A stretch of 61,739 bases of DNA, counting the filler. It is 5 parts of 5 records of this genome, joined end to end, with 100 filler letters (N's around TTAATTAATTAA, not from the genome) between each part and the next. Parts side by side here need not be neighbours in the genome. Positions count along the whole stretch, not along the records: positions 28,381 to 41,822 come from SRR31156797_5771; positions 41,923 to 56,225 come from SRR31156797_5774; 3 more parts are not named here. The stretch is one strand, 5' to 3'. The notes beneath the pieces were generated by a model that made no database searches, was not told the DNA's origin, and worked only from the letters and a program-made list of their open reading frames with translations. Below, one piece after another: positions 37,927 to 47,594 of the stretch; position 1 is the stretch's first letter; every line of letters starts with the position of its first letter. The position numbers and the translations under genes were made by a program.

Positions 37927-38054
37927 GGCCTTGTTATTTACCTAGTGAATGTAATAAATATGCGTATTATTTTCAAACGCAGTGAATGAACGCAAAAATA
38001 TAAAACTTTGTTTGAAATTAAAATGGCTAATTTACTCTTTAGTGAGCACCAATA

Positions 38055-39581
38055 TTAACATGATTTAAATGCTCGTCGGGGAAGCGTAAAGTAAAAAGCA
38101 GCACCGGCACCTTCTTCTGAAATAACCCAAATGTCACCATCCAGCAGATCAATCATTTTTTTAGTAACAGATAATCCAATGCCAATTCCATTGTGCTGTT
38201 TAGTTAACGAACCATCTTGTTGGGTCAGTTTATCAAAGATTTTATCCTGAAATTCTTTTTTTATGCCTATTCCGCTGTCCTCAACATAAAACAGTAGGTT
38301 TTCAAAGCCATATGGCTTGCAGCCAAATTTTACATATCCATCTTTTGTGAACTTAATTGCATTGGCAATTAAATTTTCAAAAATCATAGCAAAAATCGAT
38401 CTGTCAGAATAGATTATTTTAGTGCATTCCTCGTTTTCTACCGAACATTTAATCTCAATATTAGGATAATTTTGAGGTAGGAATCTTTGGGTAATGGATT
38501 TTTTTAAATTCCTAAAAAACTTGTTGATATGAAAAGGAGTGATGTTTGGTGAAAGTTCTGATTTTTCTATTTGAGAGAAGTTGAGCAGATTGTTCACCAT
38601 ATCCAATAACTGCATACCACTCACTTCAATATTATGCTGATAGGTATTCAGAGGTTCCTCTTCATAACTTTTCTGAATAATTTTAGAAAAACCAATGATG
38701 GCATTTAAAGGAGTTCTAAATTCATGGGAAACAGAGGCCAAAAAATGATTTTTTAATCGATTGGCACTTTCTGCTGCTTTTTGCGATCGCAATAATTGTT
38801 GTTCTGTCTTTATACGCTCACTTGCATCGTGCAGATATAAAGCATAATTCGTGATGGAGTTGAATTCATCTTTAATTACCTTGGTAAGCGCTTCAACATA
38901 TAAATAGTAGCCTTCTTTGTGCAAAGCTCTAAATACAACTACGGTTTGTCCTTTTACAGTTGCTATCCGAAAGGATTCCCATATTTTATCTAAATCATCG
39001 TAGCAAACGTAATTATACAAATCCTTATCTAAAAGTTCGGTGTAATCATACCCTAAGAGAGATTTACAACTCGGACTGATATATAAACTATTTAAATCAG
39101 AATCGAATAGAACCTGTACTTCTTTGGTGTTCTCACTTAGAATCCGAAGTTTCTCCTTTTTCTCAAATAGGTGAGAATATTTCTCCTGATGTGTTCCTGA
39201 TTTTCTAAAAATAGCAAATATCGGAGCATTCTTTTTAAGCGAAGTAAGGGTTAAATATAGTTCTGTATAAATAGGAGTATTGTCTGCTGCAACCAATTTC
39301 AATTTTGTTTGAACAAACGGGTTGTCAGCGGATAGTTCTTTAAGTAAAACAGCCACCGCACTTTTTCGGGTTTTAAAAATAAGGGTAGAGATGTTTTTAC
39401 CTTTAAGATTCTTTTTATTATAACCCGTTAAATGACAAAATTCTTCCGATACATTTTTAATAAAACCTTTAGGGTCAAGGTGCAAATGTGAACTATTATT
39501 CTTTGGCTTAATGGAACGAGCCTCAGAATCTGCACCTGACTTATTGGTGATGTTATTTAATATGGGTGAAAGAATCTTCAT
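38055..39581 (-). CDS. Cytoplasmic PAS-PAS histidine kinase
   Basis: Two PAS-like regions, FLASVSHEFRTPLNAI, NLIANAIKFT, DSGIGI and GIGIGLS. TATTTTTG element on the minus strand at 39604-39611. Confidence 0.9.
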   Translation of the reverse strand: MKILSPILNNITNKSGADSEARSIKPKNNSSHLHLDPKGFIKNVSEEFCHLTGYNKKNLKGKNISTLIFKTRKSAVAVLLKELSADNPFVQTKLKLVAADNTPIYTELYLTLTSLKKNAPIFAIFRKSGTHQEKYSHLFEKKEKLRILSENTKEVQVLFDSDLNSLYISPSCKSLLGYDYTELLDKDLYNYVCYDDLDKIWESFRIATVKGQTVVVFRALHKEGYYLYVEALTKVIKDEFNSITNYALYLHDASERIKTEQQLLRSQKAAESANRLKNHFLASVSHEFRTPLNAIIGFSKIIQKSYEEEPLNTYQHNIEVSGMQLLDMVNNLLNFSQIEKSELSPNITPFHINKFFRNLKKSITQRFLPQNYPNIEIKCSVENEECTKIIYSDRSIFAMIFENLIANAIKFTKDGYVKFGCKPYGFENLLFYVEDSGIGIKKEFQDKIFDKLTQQDGSLTKQHNGIGIGLSVTKKMIDLLDGDIWVISEEGAGAAFYFTLPRRAFKSC

Positions 39582-39985
39582 TCAAAAATTTTAAAATTGC
39601 AGGCAAAAATAACTAATGATTAATTAATATTTAAATAAATGGGTGTTAAATATTGATTGTGTTGGACTGATTCTTTTTGAATGAAGTTGAATGCATTAAT
39701 TTAATGCGTCTCATTATATTCTAGATTTCATTAATAATAATGAGGTGTTTTGTAAAAAACCTTCTTTTGACATATGACAATATTTCAAAATTAAATAGTC
39801 TTATTAGATGATTTGGTTTACTTTTGAAGTGTTAAATAATGTTACGAATTAGTTTTATTTCGTTAGTTAGCCACTTTTGTTATGAGGTAAAGTGTTAATC
39901 TTTAGTTATTTTAATGTGAATGCTTAGACCGATTTTAAATAAAGATTTTTTTCTTTATTCCCATTGCAAAAATACCTTTACCAAC

Positions 39986-39993
39986 TACCTTTG
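39986..39993 (+). promoter_or_regulatory. Bacteroidota -7 promoter element for the sdh/frd operon
   Basis: TACCTTTG 54 bp upstream of ATG 40047, with a TTG ~20 bp further upstream. Confidence 0.6.
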
Positions 39994-40046
39994 CAAACGC
40001 AAAACCTGCACAGAATATAATTTTAGAGTTTTTAAATATTAACTGT

Positions 40047-40745
40047 ATGAGTAATCTATTTAGTTCCTCAATCGGGAGAAAGCTGGTGATGAGTTTGTCA
40101 GGGCTTTTTCTGATTACCTTTTTGGTAATTCACCTGTCATTGAATTTCTTATTGTTAGTCAATGATGGTGGTGATTTGTTTAATGCGGCGGCTCATTTTA
40201 TGGCCACCAATCCTATGATCAAAATAATGGAGCCTTTATTAGGACTTGGTTTTTTTGTTCATATTATTTTTGGAGGGTTACTTACGGCTCAAAATAACAG
40301 AGCTCGTGGTAACGATAAGTATCGTTCAGGTAACAACACTAAAGAAGTGATGTGGGCCTCAAAAAACATGTGGATACTTGGTTTAACTATTTTAGCTTTC
40401 TTAATTGTTCACGTTGGACAGTTTTGGGTTAAAATGAAAGTAACAGGAGACCCTCTTTTAAGTCATACTCATATTCATGTGGGTGGAGTAGAAACTGAAG
40501 TTGAGAACGCTTATGCATTAGTAAATGCAACATTTGCACAACTTTGGGTAGTTATTCTTTATGTTATTGGTTCTTTAGGATTGGCTTTACACTTAACTCA
40601 CGGGTTCTGGTCAGCATTCCAAACAATTGGAGCTAGTAATGGTATTTGGAGAAAAAGATTAACAATTGCAGGTACTGTATTTGCTTGGGTTGTTGGTATT
40701 GGTTTTTCAGTAATTGCAGTTGTGCAATATTTGTTTTTTCAGTAA
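40047..40745 (+). CDS. sdhC: Succinate dehydrogenase/fumarate reductase cytochrome b subunit
   Basis: SSIGRKLVMSLSGLFL..HL, five TMs with heme-ligand His residues, HLTHGFWSAFQTIG. Precedes the flavoprotein gene. Confidence 0.92.
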   Translation: MSNLFSSSIGRKLVMSLSGLFLITFLVIHLSLNFLLLVNDGGDLFNAAAHFMATNPMIKIMEPLLGLGFFVHIIFGGLLTAQNNRARGNDKYRSGNNTKEVMWASKNMWILGLTILAFLIVHVGQFWVKMKVTGDPLLSHTHIHVGGVETEVENAYALVNATFAQLWVVILYVIGSLGLALHLTHGFWSAFQTIGASNGIWRKRLTIAGTVFAWVVGIGFSVIAVVQYLFFQ

Positions 40746-40769
40746 TCTTTTAAAGTAAAAAGGAAAGAT

Positions 40770-41822
40770 ATGAAGTTAGATTCAAAGATACCTGAAGGGC
40801 CATTGGCTCAAAAATGGGACAATTATAAGGCTAGCCAAAAATTGGTTAACCCAGCAAATAAAAGAAATCTTGATATAATAGTAATTGGTACTGGTTTAGC
40901 CGGAGCATCTGCTGCTGCATCATTTGGGGAAATGGGATTTAAAGTAAAGAACTTTACAATCCAGGATTCACCTCGTCGTGCACACTCAATTGCAGCTCAG
41001 GGTGGTATCAATGCCGCCAAAAACTATCCAAACGACGGTGACTCAATTCATCGTTTATTTTATGATACAGTGAAAGGTGGTGATTATCGTGCTCGTGAGG
41101 CAAATGTATACCGTTTAGCTTCTGTTAGTAATGATATTATCGACCAATGTGTGGCTCAGGGAGTACCTTTTGCTCGTGAGTACGGAGGTCTTTTAGATAA
41201 CCGTTCTTTTGGTGGTGCACAGGTTAGTCGTACTTTTTATGCAAAAGGACAAACAGGACAACAGTTATTAATTGGAGCTTACCAGGCTTTAATGCGTCAG
41301 GTAAATGCTGGTACTGTTGAAATGCATACACGAACAGAGATTGTTGATTACGTAATTGTTGATGGAAAAGCACGTGGTGTTATTGCTCGCGACCTTGTAA
41401 CAGGTGAATTTTCTCGTCACTTTGGTCATGCGGTTGTAATGGCTACTGGTGGATATGGAAACACATTCTTCCTTTCTACCAATGCAATGGGATCGAATGG
41501 TTCTGCAGCAATTAAAGCTTATGAAAAAGGAGCTGCTTTTGCCAACCCATGTTACGCACAGATTCACCCAACTTGTATTCCGGTACATGGTGAATTTCAA
41601 TCAAAGTTAACTTTGATGTCAGAATCATTACGTAATGATGGACGTATTTGGGTTCCTAAAAAGAAAGAAGATTCAGAAGCTATCCGTGCAGGAAAATTAA
41701 AAGCTTCAGATATCAAAGAAGAAGATAGAGATTATTACTTAGAAAGAAGATACCCTGCTTTCGGTAACTTAGTACCTCGTGACGTTGCTTCACGTGCTGC
41801 TAAAGAAAGATGTGATGCAGGT
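40770..41822 (+). CDS. sdhA: Succinate dehydrogenase/fumarate reductase flavoprotein subunit (3'-truncated)
   Basis: [22 protein letters not shown] (FAD-His), [15 protein letters not shown] and [11 protein letters not shown]. Confidence 0.95.
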
Positions 41823-41922
41823 NNNNNNNNNNNNNNNNNNNNNNNNNNNNNNNNNNNNNNNNNNNNTTAATTAATTAANNNNNNNNNNNNNNNNNNNNNN
41901 NNNNNNNNNNNNNNNNNNNNNN
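41823..41922. other. Artificial contig linker
   Basis: N44-TTAATTAATTAA-N44, with a sharp rise in GC content across it. Confidence 0.99.
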
Positions 41923-41923
41923 G

Positions 41924-43558
41924 ACCTACCAGGAAATTTTCGGTTTGTGGCTGCTTCGCGGGCTTTTACTGACCGTCAAGATCTCAGTACTTTCCGCGTT
42001 TTTCGCCCTGGTTCTGGGAACCATCTTCGGAATAGGGCGGCTCTCGCTGTTCAAGCCTTTCAACTGGCTTGCCACCTGTTATGTGGAGCTGTTCAGAAAC
42101 ACCCCCCTCCTTGTGCAGATGTTCTTCTGGTATTTTGCCTTCCCCCTGATGCTGCCGGATGCCTGGGTTACCTTTCTCAACGAGCACAATTTTGAATTTA
42201 CCGCCGCCGTCCTCGGTTTGTCCATCTATACCGGCGCTTATATCGCGGAGATCGTGCGGGCAGGGATTCAGTCCGTGCCCAAGGGGCATACGGAAGCGGC
42301 CGTGGCCTCGGGGCTTTCCACCGTGCAGTCCTTGCGGTACGTGATTCTTCCCCAGGCGTTCCGGGTGATCATTCCCCCCCTTGGCAGTGAATTCCTGAAC
42401 AACCTCAAAAACTCCTCCCTTGCCATGACCATCGGCGTGGGGGAGTTGTGCTGGCAGTTCCAGCAGATCGAATCCTTTACCTTCAAGGGGTTTGAAGCAA
42501 CCACCGCAGCAAGTGTGATCTATCTTGCCCTCTGCCTGTCAATCAGTCTTGTGATGAACTCCGTGGGGCATCATCTCAAGATCGGACCGGCAAAGCAGCT
42601 CAACCTCTTTGACATCTTCCTGAGTAAAATGGTCGCTCCGGTTCTTTTGCTTATCCGGATTCTGCCCGGCGCCATGGAGTATTTTACCCAAAAGCTCCGC
42701 ACCCGGGCCGAAGAAGATCAGGAGCTCTCGGCAACGGTCTCCCCGTTGCAACTTTTATTTGACCGATCCGTTACCGTTCTGACCGTGGCCTTTAAGGGCA
42801 TTTTACTTGCTGTTATCATTTCCGCCCTGTTTCTTTGCGTCAAGGGATTGCTCAACTTCAACTGGGGCGTGATCAAAAGTAATTTCATCCCCCTGCTGAT
42901 CTGGATCTATCCCGAGGGTGCCGAAACCGGTGAGTTCTTCAACGGACTGGGCGGTCTTTCCATCAGTTTTCTCCTGGCCGTCATTTCCATCTCCGCAAGT
43001 TTTTTCATCGGCCTTGCCGTAGGAATTGCCAGGCTGTCCAAGAATCCTTTCATCAACACCCCCGCGGTTCTCTATATCGAGATCATCCGCGGCAACCCCC
43101 TGATCCTGGTGATTTTCTGGGTATACTTTTTCTCACCCATCATCACGGGCATGGACATTAACGTGTTCTGGAGCGCAACCCTCGCCTTTATCATCTTTTC
43201 CGGCGCCTATCTTGCCGAGATCGTAAGAGCCGGCATCCAGGCGATTCCCCCCGGCCAGACAGAGGCGGCAAAGGCATCCGGGCTTTCCGAATTTCAGACC
43301 ATGCGTTATATTGTGCTGCCCCAGGCCCTTAAACTGATGATTCCCGCCATTGTAGGGCAGTTTATCACCATTTTCAAGGATACCTCCCTGGCCTATATCA
43401 TCGGCGTATTCGAGTTGACCACCGTGGCCCAGACCATCAGCAGCAGGCTCATGATCTATCCCTTTGAGTTCTATATCTCCATCGGGTTCCTCTACTTTGT
43501 CTGCTGTTACAGCATGAGCCTTGGAGCAAAAAGACTCGAAATGAAATATGCCTCTTAA
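41924..43558 (+). CDS. Polar amino-acid ABC transporter permease with two fused HisM/GlnP-type domains (5'-truncated)
   Basis: Two copies of YxExxRxxPLL, AYxAEIVRAGIQ and EAAxASGLS..QxxRYxxLPQA. The frame is open back to the contig edge. Confidence 0.92.
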   Translation, partial: TYQEIFGLWLLRGLLLTVKISVLSAFFALVLGTIFGIGRLSLFKPFNWLATCYVELFRNTPLLVQMFFWYFAFPLMLPDAWVTFLNEHNFEFTAAVLGLSIYTGAYIAEIVRAGIQSVPKGHTEAAVASGLSTVQSLRYVILPQAFRVIIPPLGSEFLNNLKNSSLAMTIGVGELCWQFQQIESFTFKGFEATTAASVIYLALCLSISLVMNSVGHHLKIGPAKQLNLFDIFLSKMVAPVLLLIRILPGAMEYFTQKLRTRAEEDQELSATVSPLQLLFDRSVTVLTVAFKGILLAVIISALFLCVKGLLNFNWGVIKSNFIPLLIWIYPEGAETGEFFNGLGGLSISFLLAVISISASFFIGLAVGIARLSKNPFINTPAVLYIEIIRGNPLILVIFWVYFFSPIITGMDINVFWSATLAFIIFSGAYLAEIVRAGIQAIPPGQTEAAKASGLSEFQTMRYIVLPQALKLMIPAIVGQFITIFKDTSLAYIIGVFELTTVAQTISSRLMIYPFEFYISIGFLYFVCCYSMSLGAKRLEMKYAS

Positions 43559-43594
43559 CCTTTGTGCGTACGCTCCGTGTCCGGGACCTCTTTG

Positions 43595-44074
43595 ATGGCG
43601 GATCTGATTCTGTTTACCGATGGAAGCGTGAATCCCCATTCAAATGTCGGATATGGGGCGTACCTGGCGGTGCCTGAAGGGGACCATTCCCCGGATGCCT
43701 TGCGGACGAGGGTGAAGGTGAAACGGTTTGAGCAGACCTCGTCGACAAAACTGGAATTGCAGACCTTGCTGTGGGCCCTGGGCGATATCCCCGCTTTGGG
43801 GTCCAGGGTGATTGCCTATACCGATTCCCAGAATATCATTGGGTTACCGGGACGACGGAACCGGTTTGAGCGGAATGGTTACCGGTCAAGGAAAAACAAA
43901 CGCCTCGGCAATTATGAGCTGTATCGGGAATTTTTCAGCATGACCGATTTGCTGGACTGCGAATTCGTTAAAGTGCGCGGCCATAAAGTTTCAAATCAAA
44001 AAAATGGAATAGACAGACTCTTCACCCTTGTGGACAGGGCATCAAGGAATGCCCTGCGGCAAGAGCCCCTGTGA
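43595..44074 (+). CDS. rnhA: Ribonuclease HI-family protein
   Basis: FTDGS (D), STKLEL (E), YTDSQ (D), VKVRGHK and VDRASR: the RNase H catalytic set. ATG 43595 preferred. Confidence 0.82.
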   Translation: MADLILFTDGSVNPHSNVGYGAYLAVPEGDHSPDALRTRVKVKRFEQTSSTKLELQTLLWALGDIPALGSRVIAYTDSQNIIGLPGRRNRFERNGYRSRKNKRLGNYELYREFFSMTDLLDCEFVKVRGHKVSNQKNGIDRLFTLVDRASRNALRQEPL

Positions 44075-44080
44075 CCTGCC

Positions 44081-44128
44081 AGCATGAGTCTCGTGGCCAA
44101 AAAGCTTGAACGGAAATATGCCGCTTAA
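44081..44128 (+). pseudogene. Orphan duplicate of the permease 3' end
   Basis: Encodes SMSLVAKKLERKYAA* versus permease end SMSLGAKRLEMKYAS* (43511-43558). 37/48 nt identical, ungapped. Confidence 0.8.
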
Positions 44129-44140
44129 GAATGGGTAAGA

Positions 44141-44171
44141 GCGGGAGCAGTTTCCGGAAACCTGCTCCCGC
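44141..44171. terminator. GC-rich hairpin between convergent genes
   Basis: GCGGGAGCAG...CTGCTCCCGC perfect 10-bp outer stem. Confidence 0.65.
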
Positions 44172-44179
44172 GGTAGGAT

Positions 44180-44515
44180 TTATATTTTGTAGTCTACGGC
44201 CCGCCTTTCGGCGATGACCTCCTTGCCGAAGGCAAGAACCTTTTGGTGCTCGGGGTGGGCATTATAAGTGTTAAGGTCTTCAACCTTTTTGAACCGGGAG
44301 TTGAGGACCAGGTCGGAGGCGGTGTCGTTTTCAATGACGTTAATGCCCACTTCCAGGCTCACGATTTCGTCGATTTTGCCCACCAGGTTTTCCAGCATGG
44401 ACTTGAACCGGGCAATGTTTTCAGCTTTGGTGTTTCCGGCGGCGTTTTCCTTGAAACGCCACATGACAATATGGTTCAGCATCGCATTTCCTTTATTTTT
44501 ATCAGGGGTAAACAT
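44180..44515 (-). CDS. Dabb family (stress-responsive A/B barrel) protein
   Basis: MLNHIVMWRFK, LEVGIN, DLVLNSRF, YNAHPEHQ and RRAVDY. The true start is probably the second Met. Confidence 0.88.
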   Translation of the reverse strand: MFTPDKNKGNAMLNHIVMWRFKENAAGNTKAENIARFKSMLENLVGKIDEIVSLEVGINVIENDTASDLVLNSRFKKVEDLNTYNAHPEHQKVLAFGKEVIAERRAVDYKI

Positions 44516-45942
44516 CAGGCATGGAGGGCCTGTTTTGAAGCTTTCCAGGCCGTTTCCACCAGGACTTCCGAAACCGTGGGGGGAGCGTGAATCGTATCGG
44601 CCAATTGGTTGACGGTCAAACGATTTGCGACGGCCAGGCCGGCTTCGGCAATAATTTCGGTGGCATGGCAGCCTACCAGTTGAACGCCCAGGATGCGTCC
44701 GGATCCGGTCTCGGAGGTGATCCGCGCCTCTCCGTCCAGTTCGCCCATGACCTGGACTTTACCGATGATCCGGAAGAGCAGGGTGTCCGACCGGACGTCA
44801 TGGCCCTTGGCCCGGGCTTCTTCTTCTGTCAGGCCGACCCAGGCGGCTTCCGGGGAGGTGAACACGGCCGAGGGTACGGCATCATAGGAGACACTGTCCC
44901 CGGCACCACCGGCATTGGCCACGGCGATCTTGGCGTCGTAAACCGCAGTGTGGGCCAGCATGGGCTTGCCGAACCCGGCGGCATCACCGATGGCGTAGAT
45001 GCCCGGAGCCGAGGTTTCCAATTGGTCATTGGTCATGATATATCCGCGGTTATCGGTGTGAACGCCGGCGCGGTCAAGCCCCAGGTCGTCCGTGGCCGGC
45101 GTCCGGCCCACCACCACCAGGACCTGTTCCGTTTCCAGGACCTGTTCCTTGGCTGCCTTTTTCCTGTTTTCACAAAAGGGGGAGGGGCCTATCCGGATTC
45201 GGCATCCGGTGCCGCCGGTGTCCACCGAAGTCACCAGGGCCCGGGTCAGGCATTTGATTTTGGCCTTTTTCATGGACCGTTCCATGAGCCTGGACCCCTG
45301 GGCGTCAAATCCGGGGATGGACAGAACCCGGTCCATGGCCTCCACCACGGTGACCTTGACGCCTGCCTCGCTGAGGATAAAGGCAAATTCGCAGCCGATC
45401 ACGCCCCCGCCGATAATGGCCATGGATTCCGGAAGCCGCTCAAGGTTCAGGACATGGTCCGAGGAAAGAATCCGTTCTCCGTCAAAGGGAATGCCCTGTA
45501 ACTGGGCGGGCCGGGTGCCCACGGCGATGATGAGCCGGTCAAAATCCAGGATTTCACTGTCGTCTTCCCGGGCCACGGCAACCTGGTTGGGGCTGTGGAG
45601 GGTGCCCCGGCCCTTGACTATCCGGACCTGATTTTGCTCCATGAGGCCCTGGATGCCCTTTCTCTGTGCGGTCAGGATGGTTTCCTTCCTGGCCTGGATT
45701 TTTTTCATATCCAGGCCACGGGGGACGTCAGAGTCAATACCGAAGCTGTCTGCTTTTTTCATTTCCCCCAGCAGCTGGGCCGACCGGCGGATGATTTTGG
45801 ACGGGATGCACCCCCGGTTAAGGCAGGTACCCCCCAGTTCGTCGGCTTCTACGAGTGTGGTGTCGAATCCGGCCCGGGCGGCCCGGGCCGCAGCGGCATA
45901 GCCCCCCGGACCGCCTCCCAGGACAATGAGTGTTTCTGTCAT
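44515..45942 (-). CDS. lpdA: Dihydrolipoamide dehydrogenase (catalytic His apparently replaced by Pro)
   Basis: GGGPGGY, GGTCLNRGCIPSK redox disulfide, IIGGGVIGCE, AIGD and MLAH. The C-terminal motif reads HAPPTVSE instead of HAHPTxSE. Confidence 0.92.
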   Translation of the reverse strand: MTETLIVLGGGPGGYAAAARAARAGFDTTLVEADELGGTCLNRGCIPSKIIRRSAQLLGEMKKADSFGIDSDVPRGLDMKKIQARKETILTAQRKGIQGLMEQNQVRIVKGRGTLHSPNQVAVAREDDSEILDFDRLIIAVGTRPAQLQGIPFDGERILSSDHVLNLERLPESMAIIGGGVIGCEFAFILSEAGVKVTVVEAMDRVLSIPGFDAQGSRLMERSMKKAKIKCLTRALVTSVDTGGTGCRIRIGPSPFCENRKKAAKEQVLETEQVLVVVGRTPATDDLGLDRAGVHTDNRGYIMTNDQLETSAPGIYAIGDAAGFGKPMLAHTAVYDAKIAVANAGGAGDSVSYDAVPSAVFTSPEAAWVGLTEEEARAKGHDVRSDTLLFRIIGKVQVMGELDGEARITSETGSGRILGVQLVGCHATEIIAEAGLAVANRLTVNQLADTIHAPPTVSEVLVETAWKASKQALHA

Positions 45943-45958
45943 CGTTGTTCTCCAGAAT

Positions 45959-46345
45959 TTATTTGAGTCCTATGGCTTCCAGGTAATGGTCCCGGGAAAG
46001 GAGGTTTTCTCCGTCGCCGGTGAGTTTGACCTTGACCATCCAGCCTTGGCCGTAGGGATCGGCGTTCACCGTTTCCGGGGTATCTTCCAGGGCGGTGTTG
46101 ATTTCCACGATTTCGCAGTTCACGGGACAATAGAGTTCCGATACGGATTTCACCGATTCCACACTGCCGAATTCTTCGCCTGCGGAAAAAGTATCCCCGG
46201 TTTCGGGGAGTTCCACAAAGACCAGGTTTCCCAGTTGATCCTGGGCAAAATCGGTAATGCCGATGGCGGCGGAGTCCCCTGTCCGGGCCACCCACACGTG
46301 GTCACTGGAATAGGCCAGTTCCTCCGGAAATTTCAGTTCCGTCAT
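45959..46345 (-). CDS. gcvH: Glycine cleavage system H protein (lipoyl carrier)
   Basis: HVWV, IGITDFAQDQLG, VESVKSVS (lipoyl-Lys) and VNADPYGQGW. Confidence 0.95.
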   Translation of the reverse strand: MTELKFPEELAYSSDHVWVARTGDSAAIGITDFAQDQLGNLVFVELPETGDTFSAGEEFGSVESVKSVSELYCPVNCEIVEINTALEDTPETVNADPYGQGWMVKVKLTGDGENLLSRDHYLEAIGLK

Positions 46346-46375
46346 AATGGTTCTCCTGATTCATACTGCCCATTT

Positions 46376-46404
46376 AAAAAGGACAGCTGGAGAGGCTGTC
46401 CTTT
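46376..46404 (-). terminator. Intrinsic terminator-like hairpin between the lipA remnant and gcvH
   Basis: Minus strand reads AAAGGACAGC-CTCTCCA-GCTGTCCTTTTT. Confidence 0.65.
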
Positions 46405-46490
46405 CCGGGTCAGATTAATGTTAAGAGGGTTTGTTATATTGGGGAGATTATATATCTGACCAACATTGATTTGAGTCGAATAAATACGGG

Positions 46491-46793
46491 TTATACCTGG
46501 CGGTCCTTTTCCAGTTTAGTACCCGCACCGTTGCGGATCATCTGGGCATAGACCAGCATGGAGATTTCAATGTTTCCCAGGTTGAGTGAGCCCATGATCA
46601 TGAATGTGGCCGTGTTCCTGGAAAAACATTCCCACATATTTGGGCATTTGGCTTCCTGGCACACCGTGTTGAGATTGTTTTCCCGGAGGAGCTTTCTGAC
46701 GCTTTCATAGTCCGGTCCCGTGGGAAGTGTGCGCTTCAACCAAGCAGGTTTACAGTGCTTTTTGTCTTTTGTTTCCAATAGATCAGTGTTCAT
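46491..46793 (-). pseudogene. lipA: Truncated lipoyl synthase (N-terminal ~69 aa fused in-frame to 31 unrelated residues)
   Basis: [22 protein letters not shown] and TATFMIMG are LipA. Homology stops just before the CxxxCxxC radical-SAM motif. Confidence 0.85.
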
Positions 46794-47449
46794 GCTGTTT
46801 TTTTTCCGTGGAATTTATTTGTAAAATGTCTGGTTAAATACCGCTTGACCTGTGCCGTGTCAGGACATATTGGATTTCCCGGGTGCCCCTCAAGCTCTTT
46901 TTTTAAAGATGTCATGGAAATATCGGTCATGCCGCAGGGATTAATCCATGAAAACGGTTCAAGGTCAATATTAACATTAAGGGCAAGTCCGTGGAAGGAT
47001 ATGCCTCTTTTTACAGCGAGTCCGATGCTTCCTATCTTTTTAGCATTGACCCAAATGCCATGGCCTTTGGTGTCACGATGGGCGTTTACGCCGAACGCTT
47101 TACATGTTTCAATCATAACTTCTTCAAGCAGGGTTACAAAATCAGCAACGCCCGTGGTTTGTTTTTCCAGGTCTACAATGGGGTAAAAAACCACCTGGCC
47201 CGGGCCGTGGTAGGTAATATTGCCGCCTCTACGGGTTTCAATGACGGGAATTTTTTTCGATGCCAGAAATTTTTCAGAAACAGTCAGGTTTTCCCAGCCG
47301 CCCCTCCTGCCCAAGGTAAAGACAGGTGGATGTTCAAGAATCAACAGGGCATCTTCCCTGTCCCTGTTTGTTATTTTTTCCGATACTATTTTTTTTTGAA
47401 GCGCAAAGGCTTCCGGATAAGCGATTTCAGAGAGGTCATGTATTCTCAT
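46790..47449 (-). CDS. lipB: Lipoyl(octanoyl) transferase
   Basis: [36 protein letters not shown] and INPCG. Confidence 0.95.
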   Translation of the reverse strand: MRIHDLSEIAYPEAFALQKKIVSEKITNRDREDALLILEHPPVFTLGRRGGWENLTVSEKFLASKKIPVIETRRGGNITYHGPGQVVFYPIVDLEKQTTGVADFVTLLEEVMIETCKAFGVNAHRDTKGHGIWVNAKKIGSIGLAVKRGISFHGLALNVNIDLEPFSWINPCGMTDISMTSLKKELEGHPGNPICPDTAQVKRYLTRHFTNKFHGKKTA

Positions 47450-47577
47450 ATTTTTATTCCCTGGAGTGGTTTTCTTTTTCAGTTGAACATCCTGTTAAGA
47501 ATGAGAGATCTCAGAGTGGCTGTGCAGAGATTAAATATCTTTGGTCGCGTCAAGTACCGCAGTTTTTCCGGAGAAGA

Positions 47578-47594
47578 AGCGTTTGATGTGCCAA
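47578..47594 (-). promoter_or_regulatory. Possible sigma-54 (-24/-12) promoter upstream of lipB
   Basis: Minus strand TTGGCACATCAAACGCT gives GG-N10-GC with a perfect TGGCAC. The -12 half deviates from TTGC. Confidence 0.4.

Noticed and set aside
46346-46490. Glycine riboswitch upstream of gcvH
   Set aside because: A terminator-like hairpin is present, but I could not find the conserved glycine aptamer elements on the minus strand. An Infernal/Rfam scan would settle it.
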